From Mayamaea pseudoterrestris (lineage: Eukaryota): a DNA stretch of 64,000 nt. Both the position numbers and the translations under genes were made by a program. A model generated the notes under the pieces. The model was not told where the DNA came from. It made no database searches and worked only from the letters and a program-made list of their open reading frames with translations. The stretch spans positions 868,001-932,000 of the forward strand of contig BROI01000001.1 of NCBI GenBank assembly GCA_027923505.1, written 5' to 3'. Positions 56,313 through 64,000 of this stretch are shown here, piece by piece; within the stretch, counting starts at the first letter, position 1; every line of letters begins with the position of its first letter.

Positions 56313-58199
56313 ATGAATCAACAAGACAATAGTTCCAATCAGCATGCTGCTGAATCAATACTACCAGGCTCTGGATGGACGAACGGAGACATCACGCAAG
56401 TCATGTTTCCCTACACGCGCAACGGCAAGCTAGCCCTGTATCAATCGCACCGTCGATGGATTGGCCTTGACAGTGGCGGATGGACGCGGATTGGAGACGG
56501 CGATCCGCACGACGCGCGTCACTCGTCAAGTAGTAGTCGATTGGTGAAGCATGATGGGAATGACAATGATGCGTCTGCAAACATTACTACATCGTCGCAA
56601 ACTACAAGCTCGTCTGCATTGTTGTCAGCTTCCAGCAGCGATCCAGCTGGTGATTCGGCGCGAGCACTCATTGCGCAGCTCTGCGAAACCTTTTATCGAC
56701 AAAACTGGGCGACTGGAACGGGTGGAGGCGTTTGCATTCGCATTCCAGCAACACATATGAGTAACGCCAATCCTTCATCTCCAACATGGCGAGTTTTTGT
56801 CGCACCCAGTGGCATTCAAAAGGAGGACATGATTGGCGACGACGTGTTTGAGCTGGACATGAACCGCAACGTCGTCCACGCTCCAAAGACGCCAGGCCTC
56901 AAGCAGTCTGCCTGCACGCCACTCTGGTACGTTGTCTTTGAGGAGCGGCCGTCGGCCCAGGCGGTGATTCACACGCACAGTATGCATGCGCAACTGGCAA
57001 CACTTTTGGATCAAACGGAAACGTCAAAATCGTTGCGATTGACGCACTTTGAAATGCTCAAGGGATGCGGCGGACATGCCTATGACGATGTATTGGAAGT
57101 GCCAATCATTGATAACCGCCCGTCGGAGGATTTATTGGCGGATCAGTTGCGGGCGGCGGTGCGTGCCTATCCAAAGTGCAACGCTGTGCTTGTGAGGCGT
57201 CATGGCTTGTACGCCTGGGGCGACTCGTGGGAACAAGCCAAGACGCAATGCGAATCGTTCGACTACTTGTTTCAGACAGCCTTGCAGGTGCGACAATTGG
57301 GAATCGATCCTAGTGTTAAACCAAAGGCGGGGACCTATCGAGTATCGGAAGAGGAAGCGATTGGAGGCGACAAGGAGCCTGCCAATAAGAAACTCAAGAC
57401 GGCAGCTGAAAGCAATGCTTTCCATGGATTGGCATCTGTTGCGAACCAAGCTGACTGCCTTAGCAACACGGTGCCATTGCTGCCCCGCGACTCCAAGATT
57501 CTGTTGCTTGACATTGAAGGCTGTACAACGAGTATTTCATTCGTCAAAAACGTTTTGTTTCCGTACGTGACAACGTCGATCGATGAACACTTTCATAATT
57601 ACACGCGAAAAGAACTCGACGCGCTGGAAGCGGACTTTATAAAAGAGGCTGCACAATTACAAGTTCCGATTCCTACCGAATTGCACGGCCAAACTGCCAA
57701 TATTGTCAAGTTTCTTGTCGAGAACGACGTCAAGTGCCAAACTCTCAAAAATCTACAGGGAGAAATGTGGAAGAGTGGGTACGAGTTGGGCCAGCTTAAA
57801 GGTCATGTGTACTCGGATATGAAACCAGCAATGGAGTGGGCCAAGCGCACGGGCGTGAGCGTATACATTTACTCCTCCGGCTCGATTGAAGCACAAAAGC
57901 TACTGTTTGGAAACTCAATTGCTGGAGACTTGTTGCCCTTTGTTAAAGGCCACTTTGACATTTCAACAGCGGGCAACAAGAAGGACGCCGCTTCTTATGC
58001 TAAGATTGCCAAAAGTTTGAACGTTGACCCTTCGTTGATTGTTTTCTGCAGTGACGCTGAAGCCGAGCTTGTAGCTGCCCGAGAAGCTGGCATTGGCTGG
58101 CCCGTCATGAGCATCCGGCCTGGTAACGCCGTCTTAACAGCGACTGGCAAACAGTTTCCGGCTATTTACAGTTTGTTACAGCTCTGTGGAGAGGATTAA
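56313..58199 (+). CDS. DEP1: Bifunctional methylthioribulose-1-phosphate dehydratase / enolase-phosphatase E1 (methionine salvage MtnB-MtnC fusion)
   Basis: MtnB: WATGTGGG, APSGIQKE, SACTPL, VIHTHS, LVRRHGLYAWG. HAD domain: LLDIEGCTTSISFV, LKNLQGEMW, YIYSSGS, FCSD. Confidence 0.92.
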   Translation: MNQQDNSSNQHAAESILPGSGWTNGDITQVMFPYTRNGKLALYQSHRRWIGLDSGGWTRIGDGDPHDARHSSSSSRLVKHDGNDNDASANITTSSQTTSSSALLSASSSDPAGDSARALIAQLCETFYRQNWATGTGGGVCIRIPATHMSNANPSSPTWRVFVAPSGIQKEDMIGDDVFELDMNRNVVHAPKTPGLKQSACTPLWYVVFEERPSAQAVIHTHSMHAQLATLLDQTETSKSLRLTHFEMLKGCGGHAYDDVLEVPIIDNRPSEDLLADQLRAAVRAYPKCNAVLVRRHGLYAWGDSWEQAKTQCESFDYLFQTALQVRQLGIDPSVKPKAGTYRVSEEEAIGGDKEPANKKLKTAAESNAFHGLASVANQADCLSNTVPLLPRDSKILLLDIEGCTTSISFVKNVLFPYVTTSIDEHFHNYTRKELDALEADFIKEAAQLQVPIPTELHGQTANIVKFLVENDVKCQTLKNLQGEMWKSGYELGQLKGHVYSDMKPAMEWAKRTGVSVYIYSSGSIEAQKLLFGNSIAGDLLPFVKGHFDISTAGNKKDAASYAKIAKSLNVDPSLIVFCSDAEAELVAAREAGIGWPVMSIRPGNAVLTATGKQFPAIYSLLQLCGED

Positions 58200-58547
58200 G
58201 CAGGGCGGGGAGCAGCGCGAGCGTATAAGTCGCAGTCATTAACGTCTGAAAGCTGATCCGTCCATCTACTGTAGCAATCGCAACGTTGTAGACGTTCGTC
58301 CAACGTAATTTTCTAATTATTATGCTTAAACTGAGTAAACATGACGTATATGATAAAAGAATAATCTCATTGTATTATCTCACACGCAGCATCGCATGTC
58401 TGCATGCATACTCCATACTGCATCCATTCATAGTTTGACATCCGCATCACATTCCATAAAAACCCACTGTCAACCCACGACTTCCGAACACTATCGCCAG
58501 CCACTGTATCATCCACTATTACAGTTCGACATGCTGCATCAATAAAT

Positions 58548-59352
58548 TTAGCAGCATCCCTTCTTCTTGACACCACCAGAGTCCGACAGGGAAATGGTTT
58601 GACCCGCCGTCAAGGCCGGTCCCTTGCTTGCCGCTTCCTCCGCCTGCATGTTTCGGCGCGACATGAGTCGGTAAATCTCCGTGAGAATGCGCTGAAAGGC
58701 AGTGTCAACGCCCGACGCGTCCAAGGCCGACGTTTCGATAAAGGCAAGATTATGCTGCTCCGAAAAGGCCATGGCTTCATCCGTCTCAACGGCTCGCAAA
58801 TGTCGGAGATCAGACTTGTTGCCTACAAGCATGACGACAATGTTAGCTTCCGCGTGGTCTCGGAGCTCCTTGAGCCAGCGTTCCACATTTTCAAACGTTC
58901 CGTGTTTGGAAATGTCGTAGACCAACAAGGCTCCAACGGCGCCGCGGTAATAGGCCGACGTAATGGCGCGATAACGCTCTTGTCCAGCTGAAGGAAAGGA
59001 TAATGGAAATGTGATGAGTATGTACATAGTTGAGTATTGCGAAAAGGAAAAGAACGCATGCGATATAGAACTTGAAATTGAGGCGCGCTTGGCTCTCGCC
59101 CTCGCGTTCCTTTGTTCGCCAATTCTCCTACAAGATAAAGCACTCACCAGTATCCCAAATCTGTGCCTTGATCGTCTTGCCCTCGGCCTGAATGCTCTTG
59201 GTCGCAAACTCGACGCCAATCGTCGACTTGGACTCCAGGTTGAATTCGTTTCGGGTGAAGCGAGACAGCAAATTCGATTTGCCGACTCCAGAGTCACCAA
59301 TCAAGACAATCTTGAACAGATAATCGTATTCTTCATCGACGCGAGAACCCAT
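58548..59352 (-). CDS. RAB11: Rab11-family small GTPase, 2 exons
   Basis: Exons 59352-59148 and 58987-58548. [45 protein letters not shown] and a C-terminal CC. Confidence 0.96.
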
Positions 59353-59898
59353 GATGTATTTTTATAAAGTAAAAAGCTGTGTAATTTAACGAGAGAGGAG
59401 GGTCGATGAGGTCTCGTCTCGTGCCGAGTGACTGGAGCAACGCTTATTTGGTGACGTCAGCACACGCAACGGCCATGCGGCTCGGAACAAGTTTCATCTC
59501 CAGCAAATAGGGTTGTTTGGGTGAACACAATCAACAATTCTTACTCTTCTACAAGCAACAGAAGCTTTATCACAACGGTTAAGATGCAAGCAAACGAACG
59601 ACTTACAAGAGGAGCCGTTGGATCCAGCACGCGGCGGAAATGACTTGCAACCGCGACGCTGCGGTAGGCTTGGCGCCAAATCGAATCGATCAATGAGTCA
59701 CGGTGCGATGAACCAGCTATTTATGTAGCGCCAGTCCAAGCATGGTAAGATATTGCTATTGCATCTACCTATCGAAGCTCATTGTCATGTTTCTTTACTC
59801 TGATATATATAGTTTATTGTACAGTTAGCGTATGATGCAAGATAAAAGTAAGTCTCGGCGGTATGGCAATAACAACTGTCGTCGTTTTGGTTTCACTT

Positions 59899-60666
59899 TC
59901 ACCCCTGGCTCTTGGCCCAGATTGGCAAATTCAAGTCATCCTCCAACCACAATAACTCATCCTGCAGCGTTTCTCGTCCCTTGGCCTTGTTGCGGTGCGG
60001 ATATCGTCCAAAGCGTTCAATGACGGCTCGATGATCCAGTTCAAACTGCTTGGTCCATTCAAAGTAGGCAGTTTGATTAGGCCACTTTGCCAAGGCAGCA
60101 TCTAGTACTTGCAGACAGGAGTCATGATCCTGCATTGACTCTGAATGCATGAGCGAAAGAACGACAAAGGCGCAGTATGGAGGATGCAGCGTTCCTGGTA
60201 TTTTGGGTGCAGCCGCGTTTGACAGAAACTCGGACGTGAGCTCGCGCGAAAGCTCCAGCGCAGTCTCATCATAATCAAAGGCTTCCGACGATCCACGAAA
60301 AATGTTGCGCGAAAGCTGATCGCAGCAAATCATTTGAGCGACCAAGCTGTCAGTGGTATGCGGCCATGTGGCGCGAGTCTCGCGACGACCAACGGCGCGC
60401 ACCGTTTCACGAAACGGTTCGCATAGCTTGTCATAGTCCATGCCACCGTTGAACCAAAGTGGACTCATTTTCGTCAAGCAACCACCTTCGACCAAGTCTT
60501 GCTGCACCATGGTCTCATTTTCAAAGTCGATTCCAAAGAAAAATGAGAGAACCGAATACGGATCCTTGCGTTCCTGCTGGAGAGCCTTTTGAATGTACGG
60601 ACGCGAAGCAAAGTCTGCGACAAGCTTGGCAGCCGCTGCAGCCTTGTTATTGAGTGGAACCGACAT
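59899..60666 (-). CDS. DUF924-family protein
   Basis: CDQLSRNIFRG, LMHSE and H..VIERFGRYPHRN..GRET; start uncertain (MSVPLNN chosen). Confidence 0.85.
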   Translation of the reverse strand: MSVPLNNKAAAAAKLVADFASRPYIQKALQQERKDPYSVLSFFFGIDFENETMVQQDLVEGGCLTKMSPLWFNGGMDYDKLCEPFRETVRAVGRRETRATWPHTTDSLVAQMICCDQLSRNIFRGSSEAFDYDETALELSRELTSEFLSNAAAPKIPGTLHPPYCAFVVLSLMHSESMQDHDSCLQVLDAALAKWPNQTAYFEWTKQFELDHRAVIERFGRYPHRNKAKGRETLQDELLWLEDDLNLPIWAKSQG

Positions 60667-61243
60667 GGGTATGCAGTATGAAGACGTTAGAAACAAGAAG
60701 GAAGGCACAAAGATACAGCTGCGGATGCGGCGGAGAATCATGGTGAACTTCTGGAACGCCGTCGAAAGACACGTCTTTGGCCACGTCATAATCGCTGCGA
60801 CGCAACATCATTACGACCGTCGGAGAAAGTGCGGAGAAGCCGGTCCGGATTTCCGAAAAAATGATTGGCGATGATTGAAATGACATTTTCTTACGGAAGT
60901 ACACGTACTTGAACTTGGTACAGCCTTTCTGATATTTCGATGATTCTCCGATGATTTCAGCCTTTTCCAGGTTCGCTTTTCTACGCCCTGGCACATTGTC
61001 GGGACCGAACCTGACGTTCCTCGACGTTTTCCCTTGAAGTTAACCAGAAGCTGCCGGCCATGACTCAGCACGGAAAGGCCGATCACCAGTCACAAATCGC
61101 GTGGTCTCACAAAATCGGCTTGCAGTCGTCTATTACCCCGCAGACTTCGAAAGTTTCGTCCCGTCAACTCGCTCAATTTCCTCCGCGTTTATTCTCTTAC
61201 TCACAAAATAAAAAGTTCATCCGCTCACAACAAAACAAGCAAC

Positions 61244-62068
61244 ATGAACTCATCAATTGAAATCACCATGGATAGCTTACTCGGATGCATCGAGATCGAG
61301 GAAGCTTCCCCCACCGGTTCATTGGAATCCCGTCTTTTGGAAGTTACCAAGAAAACGCTCAAGGCCGAGCAGGCATTGGACGATGATGCGACGGCATCCA
61401 CTGCGCTCGACTACTACTCAGAATCAGAGTCAAGCATTGCAAGCAGCTCCTTTTGCTCATGCTCATCGTCATCATCATCACGATCGGTTTACTTTGACTT
61501 GTCAGCCAATGTCAGTCACGACAACACCACCAGTTGCCAGGAAGACTTGCTCGACCTTTGGCACGACGCTCACGACTACAAGGAATTCAAGCGACAAACA
61601 TATTCACTGGCCAAGCAAATGGACTCGATCGAGCAACGCAATCGGGCGCCGCATTCATACTCGCGCACACTGACGCGAACGTATGAAATTTGCGCATCGG
61701 CAGCCGCCATCGGAAGTGACAGTGACACGACTACTAGCAGCATGAAGCGCAGTCTATTGAGCACACTGGAAGCCAAGCACTTGCAGCACTGGGCATCAGC
61801 AACACCCTGCCGACTGGGACTTGACAAGTGGGCACTTCCGGAACTGCAGCGGGAACGCAGTCAACGCAAGCATACGCTCAAGCGAGCCATTATGGAGCTG
61901 CAGACGCAGGCAAAGCATTTTCAGTCACAACAAAACGATAACGAAGCGTCGTTGGAGGACTGCATGCGGCGAACCAGTGAGCGCATGTCACGAACAGGAA
62001 CATATTTTGCTCGTCACCTTGCCATGAGTTTGGCAGCGGCAGAAGCGAACCAAGTGTCCGAGGCGTAA
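61244..62068 (+). CDS. Hypothetical protein (RSVxF...LW...GL(D/E) family seen in diatoms)
   Basis: Ser-rich N-terminus, RSVYFDLSANVSH, LWHDAHDYKEFK, LGLDK, S...FARHLA. Confidence 0.65.
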   Translation: MNSSIEITMDSLLGCIEIEEASPTGSLESRLLEVTKKTLKAEQALDDDATASTALDYYSESESSIASSSFCSCSSSSSSRSVYFDLSANVSHDNTTSCQEDLLDLWHDAHDYKEFKRQTYSLAKQMDSIEQRNRAPHSYSRTLTRTYEICASAAAIGSDSDTTTSSMKRSLLSTLEAKHLQHWASATPCRLGLDKWALPELQRERSQRKHTLKRAIMELQTQAKHFQSQQNDNEASLEDCMRRTSERMSRTGTYFARHLAMSLAAAEANQVSEA

Positions 62069-62182
62069 ATATTTACGCTCGACCAGGTTAAAAATGTACA
62101 GTTAAACAACAAACAACCATATAATGAATACTTTTGCATTTAAAAAACCTTCTACTTGTAATGTATCTACTCCATCGACTTA

Positions 62183-64000
62183 TTACTGACTCGTTGCTTC
62201 CATCTCGACCTTTAATTGGTCGCGCAGGATACGACGCAAAATTTTGCCACTTGCCGACTTTGGGACAGCATCTACAAAGACAATGCCTCCATCCAGTCGC
62301 TTAAACGGTGCCACTCGCTCCTTGACCCAGTCGTAAATTTCGTCCCGGATGGTGCTTGTTGCTTCAGTACCATCGTTCAACACAATGTATGCACGCGGCA
62401 ATTCACCCGATTCATCATCTGGTTTGGGAATCACTGCGCAATCCGCGACCGACTCGTGCGTCAGCAGCAAGGATTCCAACTCGGCAGGCGCCACCGGGTA
62501 GCCTCGCACCTTGATGAGTTCCTTGATTCTGTCGACCAGATAGAAAAAGCCGTCACTGTCGTAGTAGCCAACGTCGCCCGTTCGAAGCCAGCGGGACGGC
62601 GACAAGCATTCCAGTGTCTTTTCCGGGTCGTCCAAGTAACCTGCGTACAAGCAAATGGTAGAGTGAGAAAGCGAGACAATTCATCGCAGTACAATCAATT
62701 GTGATACTAAACAACAACGGCAATGCCACGACATACGCACCAAGCATCACTTGCGGACCATGAATCATCAATTCGCCATGCTCATTCGGACCCAAGCTCT
62801 TGCCATTTGGATCAACAATCTTGCCGACCGTTGACGAAACGAGCGGTCCAATGGAGCCCGACTTGATGTTGAAATCCGAATTGATAGTTCCAATCGGCGA
62901 AAGCTCGCTCATGCCCCAACCTTGCTTGACTTGGCAATTGAGTCGCGTCGTGACAGCCTTTTCCGTCTCCAATGAGAGAGGCGCCGCCGCACTCATGATC
63001 ATTTGAAGCGAAGATATATCATACTTGTCAATCAGCTTGTTCTTGGCAAGCTGAATGAGAATGGGCGGCACCAAGTGCGCGCGTTCTGGCTTGTGCGTTT
63101 CAACAAGCTGACAAAAGGTTTCCAGATCAAATCTTTTTGACATGGTAACGACCTTTTGGCCCTTCCACGCGCAGTAGAGCATGCTGACAGTAAACGCGTA
63201 AATGTGAAAAAAGGGTAGAGGGCTAATTAACGTGTGATTGGGTGCAAACGCCAAGCCTTCGGCTTGATCAACCTGCAGCAGGTTTGCGACAATGTTGGCA
63301 TGCGTGAGACAGACCCCCTTTGGCTGACCCGTCGTACCAGATGAGTACGGAAGTAAGTAAGGATGCGTGTCCGTCTTGTGATGAATCTCTTGAATCGTCT
63401 CGTCGAAAACATGTTGATGGTCTCGGTGTTGCTGAATGACACTCGTCAAGTCCATGGCTCCTTCCGGAATTGCTTCCCCTTGATCGTCCGTTACGACAAT
63501 AATGTGCTCAATGCGCGGACAATTTTTGACAGTCTCCAAGGCAACATTAAGTTTGGAAGCATGAACAATCAGAATTGACGATCGACTCTTGACGAGGACA
63601 GTTTCTAGCTCCTGCGATGTATAGAGTGGATTGATGGGTGTCATTCGCGCTCCGCAAAGAGCAACACCCAGTGCAATTGGAGCATAGTCAACATGGTTTG
63701 GACAATACAGCGCAATGCAAGAATCTTTATGAATTTTGTAATCCTGCTTTAAAGTTGCTGCCAAACCAGTTGCTGTGTTATAATAGTCGCGAAAGGTTCG
63801 CTGCAATCCGGTGCTGCCATCGACAATTGCCACTTGCTCGCTCAAGTAACCGCCATGAGGCTTCCACAGGCTCGTCACAAACTCGTAGAGTGGAGGATAA
63901 GGTCCATCCTCGATGGGAGGATATGGTCTGTAGAGTTCAAGAGTAGCTTAAATGAGAGAAGCAGGCAAACAAGACGCACCGTGACGCCAATGTTCTGCAA
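62183..64000 (-). CDS. 4-coumarate:CoA ligase-like AMP-dependent ligase, 5' end outside the window
   Basis: Exons 63927-62741 and 62640-62183; the upstream intron runs off the window. LPYSSGTTGQPKGV, LPFFHIY, QGWGMSE, GPQVMLG/YL, WLRTGD, DRIKELIK, KSASGKILRR. Confidence 0.9.

Noticed and set aside
21298..58199. Sulfhydrylase and DEP1 as a methionine cluster
   Set aside because: They are more than 33 kb apart with many unrelated genes between them.
62183..62200. Peroxisomal targeting of the 4CL-like ligase
   Set aside because: The C-terminus is ATSQ, not a PTS1 tripeptide.

Overview
This window is eukaryotic nuclear DNA: gene-dense, about 50% GC, with short GT-AG introns. Gene content and a bipartite plastid-targeting peptide point to a diatom, probably pennate; the species cannot be determined. 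I support about 35 genes and found no rRNA, tRNA, CRISPR array or intact transposon. Recognisable genes are a 7-exon cytoplasmic dynein heavy chain (4187 aa), HMG-CoA reductase, farnesyltransferase beta, O-acetylhomoserine sulfhydrylase, an MtnB-MtnC fusion, Rab11, a gamma-carbonic-anhydrase-like protein, a DnaJ protein, a GT77 glycosyltransferase, two Fe/2OG dioxygenases (one missed by the ORF track), a SET protein, a DUF924 protein, a 4CL-like ligase, an LRR protein and a probable kaptin. The least explained parts are three tandem gene families. (i) Four Cys-Cys transmembrane proteins at 2.2-6.7 kb. (ii) Two Tudor-like proteins sharing an unrecognised ~95-aa C-terminal domain, with a 184-bp tandem duplication over the second gene's start, followed by a RING-like gene. 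(iii) Three small 4-TM proteins, each with an 11-nt first coding exon, two of them sharing an upstream hairpin or palindrome. The dynein lacks the C-terminal cap and has a shortened AAA2 P-loop. No new biological system can be demonstrated from sequence alone; the candidates are given as hypotheses.
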